From the human T2T-CHM13v2.0 reference genome, Homo sapiens, in NCBI RefSeq assembly GCF_009914755.1, contig NC_060928.1: DNA of 64,000 bases; one strand, 5' to 3'. The notes under the pieces were generated by a model. The model ran no database searches. It was not told where the DNA came from and was given only the letters and a program-made list of their open reading frames with translations. Made by a program: the position numbers and the translations under genes. Below, in pieces: positions 41,490 to 55,912 of this stretch; within the stretch, counting starts at the first letter, position 1; the number at the start of each line of letters is the position of its first letter.

Positions 41490-41780
41490 TTGTTCTTTCA
41501 CCTGAACACTGCAAGAGCCTCTTAACTGGCCTCCCTCCTTACCTCCTCACTGATAATCCCCTCCACACACAAACACCTCAGACCCTCTCACAGGTTGTCA
41601 CAGAAGTTTTCTTAAAATGTAAATTAAATCAAGTAATGGACTTCCTTAAAAGCTTCTCCTCGTGACTTCCTTGTGTAATTTGAGCACAAATGTAACATGC
41701 CTTTCTGAGGCTATATAAACTGGTCCACAGCAGTCTTCCTGAGCTCTTCACAAACCATTATCTCCCTCCCTGGCTATGTT
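41490..41780 (+). mobile_element. L2 fragment
   Basis: TCACCTGAACACTGCAAGAGCCTCTTAACTGGCCTCCCT and CTTAAAATGTAAAT. Confidence 0.65.
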
Positions 41781-44224
41781 CCAGCCCAAATACACCCCAT
41801 TAGCTTGATTTTCCTTGTTTCTTTTCTGGCCAGTGTGTGGCTCTTATCTCTTCCTGCAAAGTGGTTTCCTGAATCTCCCTTACATTCCCTTTTATTCTAT
41901 TTATGCTCATTACACAATGTATTGAGAAGTGACATTATTTTCTTTATTTTCCTTCTCCTCTAATTTGAGTATTAGAATGATTTTTATTAACCACAACAAT
42001 AGGTTTGTCTAACATGTGTTTAAAAAAATATTTGTCAAATTAATGATTACTCCCTCTTGATTCATTTCAGTGGCCTAGGGGAGCAATGCCTCAAGCTCTT
42101 TCTTAAGAGATGCACATTAAACACAAGTTATTTACTCGAAAACTTGTACCTATATAAATAAAACAAAACAAAGAAACACATTCATAGCTAGATCTAATCT
42201 ATATTCTTCATATTTTCATTCAGTCTTATTAATTTAGTGTTATGAACTATGCTCTTAGAAAATACAATAATAGTTGAATGACATGATTATACATTGCGTA
42301 TAAATATATTATGCTATCATGCAAAAAATGTACATTATCATTTAAATATCCATGAAAGGAATAGACAAATAAGTATTGCCCTAGCATTATTTTCATGTCT
42401 GCAGAAAAAATGTTACATTTTTGTCATTAGAGTTTTAAAAATCTGATTTACCAAAGCAATATCTTGTATTCTATTATCGTTATTATAAACTTGAGCATTA
42501 AAATGAAAATGAAGTTTATCAGAAAAATATAGTACTACATATATAATATATTATTTCATTTGGAAAATCTGAATTTTGCACCGTCTCAATGTCAGTATTT
42601 CTATACTGATAGTCCTCCTATTTTACTGGCTAAGCAGTGTAAAAATAATTCTCATTTGAAATCCATGAGGGCTTAAATTCAAACCCTGGCTATGAAATTG
42701 CTTCAATATTAAGACAAGCTCCAGGGATGGGTTTTAAATTTCAATCTTTTAAGAAATTTTATGCGTCTTCGATGAGCAATTTCTCATGTTCATTCCAATG
42801 AACAATAATGTCAGGGTGATCAAAAACAAGAATTTCAATTCCAAACATATCCCTAGAGGTGGCATCAATATAAAAGCAATTTTTATCTGGACATGTTTTG
42901 AATTTTCACTACTTCGAGGGATTTTTGGTATTGCTTTATTGATGGTGAAGAGCACAGCAATAGTTATTTTGATAGTAAGGCAGATTAATGTATTATGCCA
43001 CATTGTATTTATATGCCATTCTCATTCAGAAAACATGATTTTCAGATTTGTCTTATCTGTTCATCATCAGTTTATCACTACATAATCTAATACCTGTTCC
43101 AGCTGCTGTTTTACATTATTTGTCGCCTATAGTTCATGATGCTTTTTTATTGTGTATTTATACTGTTGTGATGACTTAATGTATATTAACTTACTTAATT
43201 CTCCCAGGAACTCAATAAAGAACCAAGATATGGAGAGAACACACAGAAACTTCCCCTTGACCAAAGAGCCAGTCAGAGTTAGAACCAAGGTTTTAAGCTA
43301 ATAGCCTCCATCTGGAGTTTGTGCTCCTAATGATTAATGGACACTTTCTAAAAAATGTTCCTTGGTAACTAATTTGGTGAATGATTATGAGTAACTTTAT
43401 ATTATGTTTATAAAATAAAGCAAGACATTATGAGCTTTGTTATTTACAAATTTTAAAGAATATTATTGAATATTTAAGTACTTTTTATCGCATTTGTTTT
43501 CTGTGTCTATGATATACTTAATGTTAGTATACTGAGTTAAAGAGTACAAAAAAGTTAAGTTTTTCTTTTTGCTTGAATACGCAAAAATTAATGGAAAAAA
43601 TCAAAGATAGTTCCAAATTTGCTTCTAGGGGCTTAAAATAATTTATTTTGCTTACTTTTAAAATTCTATGCAGACTAATTCTGATAGAGTTTTAAATGAG
43701 AATAAAGTCTCAGTTAGATGATAGATGTTAGATAGACAGCTTAATAGACTGGACAAGAAGTGGGAGAAGCATAGGACTTTCAAAAGAGAAGACATGCATG
43801 CAAAGATCAAAACCAGAAACGAGCAAGCAAAAGAGAGCTAGTCACTTTTTGCTTGATTACAGTCAACATTTGTAAATCATGAGATCACATGATGATGAAC
43901 AAGAATGTAGTCAGCTTTGTTTACCTTTGAGTTTAGTCATATTTAGCTATAATTTTATTAGAGAAAATAAATTACATTACAGTCACCTATTTTAGGAAAC
44001 TGAAACTTAAGAAGGGGGAGCAGATACAAGGTAGGTGAAAGAGACAGAACTGTGATTTACCAATACGTGTAGGACATGTTATAAATGACAGCAAATGAGA
44101 GTGTTGAAACTGGAAAGTCCCCCAGTTTTGGCATAACTTGTTTCAGTTAAAACTTGGATAGATTCTTATCTTCAAAATTTTACAGGCATCCAGATATCAT
44201 CAGATTGTTGATAGAAATGGATGG

Positions 44225-44447
44225 AGACAGAGAGATGAGATGAAAAAGAAAGAGAGAGGGGAGAGAGGGAGGTGAGAAAGAAGGAGGAGAGGAGTAAAGA
44301 GAGAGAAAGAGACAGGAGAAACAGAGATAAGAGAGAAAGAGAGAAAGGAGAGAGGAGAGGTAGAGAGATATACAGATATAAAGAGGGAAATAGAGAGAGC
44401 TAGAGAGGGATTAGTGAGATAGATGAGTGATTGATAAGAGAGAGAGA
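44225..44447 (+). repeat. GA-rich polypurine low-complexity tract
   Basis: About 220 bp almost entirely G/A. Confidence 0.9.
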
Positions 44448-44724
44448 TTTCGTGAACATTACCAGGAAAATTTATGGAAAAAATTGCCATGCATTTTACT
44501 GTCTGTTATGCAAAAACTGGAAGACTATTTTCTCAACGCTTACATCCAACTTACATGCTGACCCTTCTCCAAGTACAGATGCTAAAAATTTCATGAGACG
44601 TTGTTATAGTCGTATGACATAGAAAGCTGAAGTAATGCTTATGATTTAAAGATCATAACATGAAAGGAACCAGACTATGTTTAATTTTTTATTAGTGTGA
44701 AAAAATTTGTATTATCATTGCAGA

Positions 44725-45209
44725 TGTATTAGATTTTTATTACTGTGCTAACAAATTACTACGAACTTATTAGTTTAAACACATACAAATGTATTGTTTT
44801 GTATTTCTACAGCTCAGAAATCTCATGAGGTTTTCATTGAGCTGAAGTCAAAGTACCAGCTGGGCTGCATTTCTTTTAGAGTCTGTAGGGAAAAATCTGT
44901 TCCCTGGCCCTTTTCAAATTCTAGTGGCCACCCACATTTCTTGACTCTATCTCCTTGGATCCTCAAAGCCTGCAACTTTGCTTCTCTCTGACCATTCTTT
45001 CCTTCTGACCACAGCCAGGAAAGAGTCTCAGCTTTTACTGATCTATGCGATTGGATTTGTCTATCCAGATAATCCAGGATTAAATTAGAATCTCAAGGTG
45101 TTAACTGAATCATTCATAAAAAGTCCTTTTTCACTTATAAGATAACATATTGAAAAGTACTGAGAATTAGTATGCGGACATCCTTGAAAACTATTATTCT
45201 GCCACCACA
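44725..45209 (-). mobile_element. MaLR LTR, MLT1D/E-like
   Basis: TGTATTAG...TAACAAATTAC start, CCAGATAATCCAGGAT and ATTATTCTGCCACCACA end. Confidence 0.85.
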
Positions 45210-46139
45210 AGAGTACCCACATTTTGAGAAATTTTTGACAATTTTTTTATGATAAATCATTTTATCAAAAGCCTTAAGAACAGACTTTCTTTATACCTTT
45301 TAGATATCTTGGGCATGTCAAGTCACACTAACGACTTTTTAAATACATTTTTTTTGAAAACCTACTGTGGGCAATACACTTAGTATTTAACCAAAAATAC
45401 AGACAGATTAAGACAAAGGAGTGCTAAAATTTAAAATAGGCAGTTATTTTAAACTGTAATTACATAAGAAAATATGTTATTACTTAGCACAAATCAAAAT
45501 TACACTATTATAGGAATTCTGACAAAAAATATACAATTAGATTGTGATAATATGAGAACTTAAGGTACAAGTATGATTCAAAATAGGTCTTGAAGTGTAA
45601 GTAAGGACTAGGGAGGAGTGACCAAAAAAATTGGAAAAATATAAGGCAGCATCCAACAATGGAGTTTTATACACAGAGAGGTCTTCCAAATAAGATGAAT
45701 GAAAGGCAGACCTGAAAGTGTGCACCCAGTATGAGAGGGTGTCACCTTAATGACACTTAACCAGTCAAGCTATAGGACTTAAATGTGAGCCACTCCCCTT
45801 TTATTATTGTGTTTGAATATTTCTTCTGCTGTTACTTTTCTCTTCATGTAATACTTGAGTTTATAGATTTACCTGATCAAGTTATCTCTAACTTAGAGGT
45901 ATAATAAGAGAACCTATTAATTTTAGAGCAAATTTCATCTCTTCCTTTTCAATACAATGTGCCTAAACTCTTGTTAAGGCTACATCATTTTAATCTCTTA
46001 AGTAATGGCACGATATTTTAGTTTACATTTTAGCACCATCTAGCAATCTCTTCTTTGTTATGAAGTCACAACTATTTGCAAAATGAATCATAAATGTTGC
46101 CTTTAACCCTTAGTCTTTCAGAACTTTGTATAACTGTAG

Positions 46140-46510
<371 letters not shown>

Positions 46511-46619
46511 GCCATTATTTGTTTTTAAACAAACCAGCAGGTGTCAGTTGTGGTTAGCATGTGCTCCTTCAGGATGAAGGCAATTAATGGGAGTTTGCAT
46601 TGCATTGTGGGTGAGCCTG

Positions 46620-46800
46620 TGTACTCTGTAGTCAGCCCGCCCAGGTTTGATGTTAGTTACATGATCCAGAGGTCAACTTGTGTGACCTCTCAGTGCTGCA
46701 TTTTCCTCAGCTATAAAAAGTGTATAGTAATAATAATGAATGACCTCTTATATTTGTCATGCGGAATATATGAGTTAATATTTATCAAGCACTAGTTTCT
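46620..46800 (+). mobile_element. MIR fragment
   Basis: ACCTCTCAGTGCTGCATTTTCCTCAGCTATAAAA...ATGAGTTAATAT. Confidence 0.7.
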
Positions 46801-47400
46801 GATACATAACAGATTCTACATAATTTAAATAAAACAAACCTGACAATGTTATTCAATGAGAAGTTTCTTTCCAATTTGTCAATTTAACATTTGCATAATT
46901 AATTTTTTAATGTATTATAAAGATGTAATTAGTATATCTAATATAACATCTGATTCATAGAAGGTATTCAATACATTGGATGTGTTATTATTCTTGATAT
47001 TATTATGAGACACTTTAATTTTCATTTCTGTAAATCAATAAATTTCATGCAAGAAAACTTAATCAAATATGACACAAATGAATAATATATATTTAAAATA
47101 ATCACACCTTCAAAGAGAAAAATGTGCACAATGCTTCAGAAAGAAGGAAGAGAAAAAAGCATGTGCAAAAGGGGTTGTAATAAAGAAGAAAGTTGGGATG
47201 TCTGAAAAGAACGACATACTCATTTCATGCTCACCCAATATTGAACAAAGGAAGTCAAATGACTGAGCAACATACACAAAATGATCATTTTGACTATGGC
47301 ACAATGACAAAACATTTAATGCTTTGAATAATGGGAATTGTTTTTTATCTCAAAGTTAATTAGGAAAGAATCCCTTGCATAATGGAAAAGAGTATCTATC

Positions 47401-47692
47401 TTTTTTTTTTTTTTTTTTTTTTGAGACAGTCTTGCTCTGAACCCCGGACTGGAGTGCAGTGGCACAATCTCAGCTCACCGCAACCTCCGTCTCCTGGATT
47501 CAAGTGATTTGCCTTCTTCAGCCTCCCGAGTAGGTGGGATTACAGGCACCCGCCACCACGTCTGGCTAATTTTTGTATTTTCAGTAGAGACATGGTTTCC
47601 CCATTTTGGCCAGGCTGGTCTTAAACCCCTGACCTCAGGTGATCTGCCTGCCTTGGTCTCCCAAAGTGCTGGGATTACAGGCGTGAGCCACA
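47401..47692 (-). mobile_element. AluSx/Sq-like, missing ~11 nt at its 5' end
   Basis: Dimeric Alu with poly-T tail; ends at GTGAGCCAC. Confidence 0.93.
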
Positions 47693-48272
47693 CTATCTCT
47701 TTCTATCAAAGCATGAGTCAGGAAGTTTTCAGAATGAAAAATGTAGAAAATCCTGGAGGGTCCAACCATAGCAGTAGTTCGAGTCTGGTGGGCAGCGAGG
47801 ACACGAATTACACAGAGACCATCAGAAGAAAGGCATTTTTTTTAAAAAAGATTATGTTAATAGGCAACATATTTAAAGAAACACTATGCAGCAAATAACT
47901 AATAACATGCTATGGTATAAGTAAGATACCCTGTGATATATGTTGCAACTGTTTAACACTGGGACATGGCATCTTTCTGTTCGAAAAACCACACTTTCAT
48001 GTATAAACGTCTTCGGAACTAGAGGCCAAAATACTTAAACAAATTGACATATCTACTTGCTAAAAACCTGACAAAGAGATTATAATGATAAATCTAATTA
48101 ACTTGTTATTATTTTTAAAAAAGTAATAGTAACAACAACTAAGCAAGTTCAATAGGGGATACATTCTCTCAGAAAAGTTTTGAAATTTCCATTCATATTT
48201 AGAATGAATGCGTCATAGGAGTCTTTCAATGCTTCAGGAAGAAACTTTACTAAATTCCTAAATTCAAAATCT

Positions 48273-48365
48273 CAGTGATTTCCAGTGTATACTTTTTTAT
48301 GAAAAAGTATACCTTTTTTATGAGAAAGTATACAGTGATTTCCAGTGTATACTAATTTATGAAAA
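48273..48365. repeat. Complex duplication with palindromic GTATAC units
   Basis: CAGTGATTTCCAGTGTATACT at 48273 and 48333; GTATAC at 48287, 48307, 48328 and 48347. Confidence 0.9.
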
Positions 48366-49044
48366 TCAAGTATTTCTATCATTTAGTAATAAAATGGTTT
48401 CTCGTGTAAATGGACAACATACAAAAAATGTTTGAGAATTACTTTCCTAGATGTTCAAAAAAATTATGTAGTGAACACTTGATTGTAATTTTATCTCCTT
48501 CCATTCTACTTTAATCAAGAAAGGGACAAAACAGGTGCGATTTACCAGCTCTGAGAAAGTTTTTAAACCTAGTTGGAGTGACCGATCTTTATAATATGAT
48601 GCCTGGCTAAATGACATTGAGTTTCATTATATTCTTATATTCCTGAGTACAGGAAGGAAGTAATTTGTCTTTGATGCAGAATAGAAAGCAAAGAGCTCAT
48701 TTGGGCATTGTAGAGAAAATCAAAAAAGAAGGGGCTGACCTGGTGAAAATTATATATTCATGGAATATATTACGCTAAATGGTTCTGTTTCTAAATGCAA
48801 TCCTATGATCTTTAAATTGAGTATCTAATTTGGCAATAGTGAATTTTTTCTGCACATTGCATCTTTACTTGCTTTGTTAATAATATACGTTATTCACTTT
48901 TCAAACGCAAGCCATTTGGGAAAATAAAAAATAATAATTAAAATGGAAACAAAAACCTAGGCAATATTTTCTTCAGATAGTTATTTATATAAGTAGACTT
49001 TTATCAGACTTTTTTCCTTACAAAATTACAATGCCTCCACCAGG

Positions 49045-49391
<347 letters not shown>

Positions 49392-50656
49392 TTAATTTCA
49401 TCTTTTAAATTCAATTAAAGGTTATTTAAAATGTATATGCCAAGTAATATTTAAAATTGTGTCCTATAATAGAATTATATATTAGTATAGTTTGTGTTAA
49501 AAATCATATATATTATTTCATATATTATTTGTGGGTGCACATATTTAGAGACAAATACATGGATTGATACAGCTTATACATACATATTTGTATACACACA
49601 TACACACAAAGTTGTATGCATATATACAAATATATGCATATGTACAAACACATATACACACTGATACATTTTAACACAATTACTGCTACATGTGAATAGG
49701 TGGGAATAAGAATTCCTCTTGACTAGATCATGATGAATATAATTTACAATTTTACTTGCACTAAATACATTCCATATGCTATGATTAGTGCAAAAGGAAG
49801 TGATGAGTAATGCGAACCCATTCCTAACAAAATATAAATAATCAGTGAATTCTCTACTCATAATGTCTCATCAGCTTCATGTGAATTAATAAGATAAAGC
49901 AAAATTATTGTCATATACTTTTACTGATAATATAGAATTTTAAATAACACTTCTTGAGGTATAAAAGTTTATACTTCCTCTGATTATCACAAAATAAATG
50001 TGTGAGTATATTTTTACATTTCTGGATATGTTCCTGAGAGAAGATAGTGCTAAGAAAAATTGCTGCCAACCACTATGTGCATGATTTGCAAACCTACCTG
50101 GAGAAATCAGTGAAAACAATCCTTTGTATTATGTATAAAGCCAAGCTAAGGTTGGAGACTTATTTCTGAAGTCAGAAAGTATGTGTGGCCTAAATCCTCA
50201 TCATCTTAAACCCCTCTTTCTTAGTAATTATTTTTCTATACATTAAAATGCTGGACAAAAAAAAAATAGATACTGCTTTCTTTCTCCTCAAAACTGAAAA
50301 CCCTGTTTCCAAAGACAGCGGTATAATCATTCCTCTTGCTAAGAATAAAGTAGTTTTAAATACAAATTTATAAATATCACAAAAAAGTGAGAGAAAATAT
50401 GCCCATAAAATGTTTTTTATATTTTTAAGTAATAGATAATTATCTATTGCATTGGAATGGATTCTATGGAAAGAGAAACAGTCATTTAGAATGTATGACA
50501 TGCTCATTTATTCAGGAAATGTTATTAAGTGGAGCGTATGTTAAGTTTTGGGGAAATAACATCAAACAAAACACACATAATCTCTACTTACATGGATATC
50601 AAATTTGAGAAGAGATGAAGATAAATAAAATCACTATTATATTTGAAGCAGATTAT

Positions 50657-50880
50657 ATATGTGTGTGTATACACTCACACACACACACACACACACACAC
50701 GTACACATATAAATGTATGCATACACACATCATACCAGACTTCTGGATCAGATATAACTTTTATGATCAAAATTGTCAAGGGTCTGAATATATATCTACA
50801 TATAGACATTTGGTGTTTATAGGCACACACACACACACACACAAATACACATATATGCAAATACATGACTTCTAGATAAA
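50657..50880 (+). repeat. Two (CA)n microsatellites with CA/TA-rich flanks
   Basis: (CA)n at ~50676-50700 and ~50824-50842. Confidence 0.85.
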
Positions 50881-51054
50881 AAATATTTACTTAGAAAGCA
50901 TCTTGTATTTATTTTGCTTTGAGCCTTAACTAAAAAGAAAAATAATTAGATTATTTTAAATATAAATAATATCTTCATTCTAACATATATTATTCTAATA
51001 TGTTAATTCTCTCTTAAGATTCTTATTCATTTTGCAAAATATTGTATTACAATA

Positions 51055-51445
51055 CTAGTAAAATGGTAATTACAAGAGGTTGGGGGTGGGGGATATAGGT
51101 AGCTGTTCAATAGGTATAATGTTACCATTATATAAGATAAGCAAGTTCCAGGGATCTGCTATAAAACATAATGCCTATAGTTTAACAATAAGGTATTGTG
51201 TACTTCAAAATTTATTAAGAGGGTAGATCTTATGTTAACTGTTCTTACCCCCAAAAAACAAAAACAAACAAATGAACAAAGGAACACAAAGAAACTTTAA
51301 AAAGTGATGTGTTTATTATGTGGACAGTGGTGATGGTAATACAAGCGCATACATATGTCCAAACTCACCAAGCTGCATACATTAAATATGTACAGTCTTT
51401 TGTATACCAATTTTACCTCAGTGAAGCTGGATAAAAACAAAATAC
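51055..51445 (+). mobile_element. L1MB-like 3'UTR
   Basis: TAAGAGGGTAGATCTTATGTTAA, ATATGTCCAAACTCA, TACATTAAATATGTACAG and TACCTCAGTGAAGCTG. Confidence 0.88.
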
Positions 51446-51749
51446 AATTAAAATGTAAATTGCATAGCAAGTAAACTTTGGCAAAAACATCTTAAAATCA
51501 CATATGCTCTTGAAAACATTAATTTTTCCAAAAACCTCTCTGTCTCCTCAAATAATTCATTTATATTGTAAAATAGCAAAATAGCAACATTTTTTTATGA
51601 GTAGACACCCACTTTTAAAAGTTAGCATCAGATAAACTTACAATGTTCTCTATTTCAATATTTTCTAGTTTCTGGTATTACTTAGTCCTCATATAACCTA
51701 TTGACCTTTACCTATCATAGACATTCAGAAATAAAATAAATGTCTAATA

Positions 51750-52054
<305 letters not shown>

Positions 52055-53219
52055 CATAAACTTCTAATCTTCTTTAGCTACATTAATGAAGGTACAAGTA
52101 AGCTATCAGATTTAGTACTTTTAAATAACTTAACATCTCTTTAATAAGCATAGTCTTATGCTATTTGATGCTGTAATCGAATTTTTAAAATTACATGGGA
52201 TTCTTAAAACGCTGGGCTTATAATTATAACATGTTTTGATGAGATTATGACAGTATCTATATAAAAATTATCCCTCTTTTATATATCCTGGCACTCTGAA
52301 ATATAACAGTAAAATTTTCCAGTAAAGATGATATGAAATTCACACATGTACTTATAATTTAAAATGCAAATAATATAAATAGTTTTGCAGGATTCATAGA
52401 AATATTTGTTTAATTTATTATAATCAAGACATTGTGCTTGAAGTTCTGCTTTCAGAATTATCCAGTGAAAGCCTCCCAAAAAATTGATAAAATTTGAAAA
52501 TTAGATTATGGAGTACATCATGTATAAGAGCTTTCTCTATCACTCTATGTTTTCGTCCATACCAAATAAAACAATTTATGCATGTACAATTTAAATTTAG
52601 ATTGAAATCTAATTCAAGCATATTTTAGGTTCATTATAAATAAAATCCTAATTAAAATCGCAAAAAGCCAGACTTTCTGTTAAAAACGTAGTCACAAAAT
52701 AAATTTTTTATTTGTAAACTCCTGTCTTTCTATGTAAATGTACTTTATATTATGCTTTTTCCCACATTCTAATTTCTGTTAAAATTACATTACAAAAATT
52801 ACTTCATGTTTTTGAATTCTTGTATATATCTACATCTCCAATTTATGGGGTAAATTCGCTGAGTTAGACAACATCTTCTGTTTCCCCTGAAAACTCAATA
52901 GTGTTCTAAAAGGTTTGCAATGTTAATTAATTCTGTAAGGTAAAATTTAGCTCCCAATTATCTGTACTAATGTAGGAAGCAGATATGAATAACCCTGAAT
53001 CAATTTGTGTTCATCCACAGAGAGTGTTTGAATTTATATTTGAATGTGGAAGTGTCGAAGATCTGAAAACTCATTTAATATACAGTAACAACACGAACAA
53101 GAACATGATTAGAAGTTGCTAAAAAGTTGTCAAATGTCATCATGTTTCGCCCATACACAACTACTTGTTGAAATCGGCTCTCAGCAGGAAACACTTTGTT
53201 CTCTCAATTTTTGTTGTAA

Positions 53220-53630
<411 letters not shown>

Positions 53631-55339
53631 TGAGGTGTCTACAAATGAAGTATTAATTAGAATAGAACCCTGGAAGCAATTGCAATGGAGAAATAAACAA
53701 TGCACTATAACAAACCATTTTTATAAAACCTGGGGTGACAATATCTAGAGTAGTAACAAATGTGAAAGTATAAAAAGGTTTCCAGGAAAGCATATCCCGC
53801 AACTTTAGAGACATGGAAGTACATACCAATTAACATTAAGAATATACATGTTAATTAAGAAAAGCAGAAAAATACAGGGAAGGGATATAAATACTCATTT
53901 CTATAATAAAATTACCTAGTAGAACATAATGCCTTAAAATGCTTCAGAATGCAAATCAAACCTAAAATGTTAAATAAGAAAAAATAAAACTAATTACAGC
54001 AATAAAATCCAATCCAGACTAGAATCAGAAAGACAAGATTCTTAGCAAGTTTACATGGCAAATAGTCAAGTACTTAATTATCCAAATAGTACTAACTCTT
54101 ATTTATTTAAAAAATATATATATTATAAATGTATGAATCTTAAATATACAATATTCATAATGTATTAATGTAAAAATATTAGAACCATAACTCACTAACC
54201 ACAAGTTAGGAATCATCAAGATCTCAATTATTTTTGTTCTCTTTTGACTTGTTTAAAATTTCCATTCCATGGAATCTCTTCTGTCTCCTGTTCTCTCATT
54301 TTCTCCTTCATTTATTGTCTGTGGAATAGGTGGTTTCTCCCAAGGCTAAACCCATTGCATTTATTTTAGGTGGCCATCTTTAGTGTTTCAGAGAAGCTTT
54401 AGCTATCCTTTCTAATGTCTTCTTCGAAGCAATCTCTACAATGGAAATCATCAATTAATTTTTTAAATTACTGAAGTTATGTAAATGATTGACTCTTCCT
54501 TTTTGGTATTCTCTTACATTTCTAGTGCTCAGAAATCCCCTGCCACACACTAAAAAAGTGACCAAAAATGTTCATGGATTTGAATGTTCTTATTCCATTG
54601 CATTTTTAGGAACTTTTACCATTGTGTTGGTCACTTTAAAAAAGGTAATCTATAGGAGATCTCTGGAGGTTACTAGAGTCCAATAGAAACATAATTCTTA
54701 CAACGAGTTACCTTAAAAGTTAAAGTAAAGCCACAGGCACAATCAGATTTGGATTAACCTTGGGGCTGAAAAACATGCAGCAGCATCTCTGCCAGCAGGG
54801 GTCTTCACTTCAGTTGCTTTTTCTGCTTTGAAAATACATGGAATGCTGATTTCTCAAGGAAGATGGTTGGCCATAACAATCAAACTGTAAGCAGAGTATA
54901 AAATGCTCCCCTACTAAAAACACTATTCAATCTGAGCTGTTAGTATAGCTTAGTTACCCTTTAATATTTCTTGAGCGAACCCAGTTTTCCATTTTTCAGT
55001 GGCCAGATTTTTCATTAATAATTTGAATAATTTTATTATTTTAAATTTTTGAATTTCTAAGAGGCTTTCTGAGAGTAATATAGATAGCAGGACCTCAAAA
55101 TAATAGAGACATTGTCTAGTATTTAATTGTAAGCTGCAATTGGGTGCAGTCATTACAATGAGTGGCAAGTTCAGAGCGGTAGTCATGCAGCTACGGGTGT
55201 CTAATACACTAGACATATAGAAATGCTTAATATGAAATGGATTGATTTGTGGCAACATAGATGTTCACACAACAAGGTGTAGAACTAAAAGCAATTAAAG
55301 GTAGATGATCAAGAGGTTAAAAGCAGCTACTCCAACAAA

Positions 55340-55876
55340 AAGTCATGATTCTGTGCATATGTTCTGAACCTGAGCCAGTTTTCAGATGTGAAATATTTTG
55401 TCTGAAAAAGAAGACAGATTCCCATGAAAATGAATGCTGGGTTTCTATGGCAATAATGAGTTCCCAAGTCCTTTTTTAAATGGACCTATGGTCATTTACT
55501 CAATTACACAGAGAAGATGATATATGAAAATAAAGACCTCTTGATGCAGAGTTTGGGTTCACACTGATACCTGACGTCTGAGCACTCTGATGAGTCCCCT
55601 TTCAGAAGGAGCATGTGTTCAAAAGGTTTAAAAAAAAAAAAGAGAAGATTTCCTAGCCCAAGTGTGCTTCATAGATGGCCCACTTAGACTATAGGACAAA
55701 TGCTATTATAAGGTGGAGGAGACGAAGAAAAGGCCCTAGAAAGTATTCTACCTTGGCCAAAAAAGTAAATAAAAAATTAATACTACATTCTTGGAAAGGT
55801 GGTAGAGATTAATACCACCCCTAGAAACTTAAAAGAGGGTTCCCATCTTTTTTCCCATTTATTTTTACCGCTTAGC

Positions 55877-55912
<36 letters not shown>

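Noticed and set aside
44200-44490. 96-aa Ser/Leu-rich hydrophobic ORF
   Set aside because: Translation of the CT-rich strand of a low-complexity tract.
55880-55910. Poly-A as the tail of a processed pseudogene
   Set aside because: Both flanks are contiguous ERVL RT sequence, with no upstream mRNA body or TSD.
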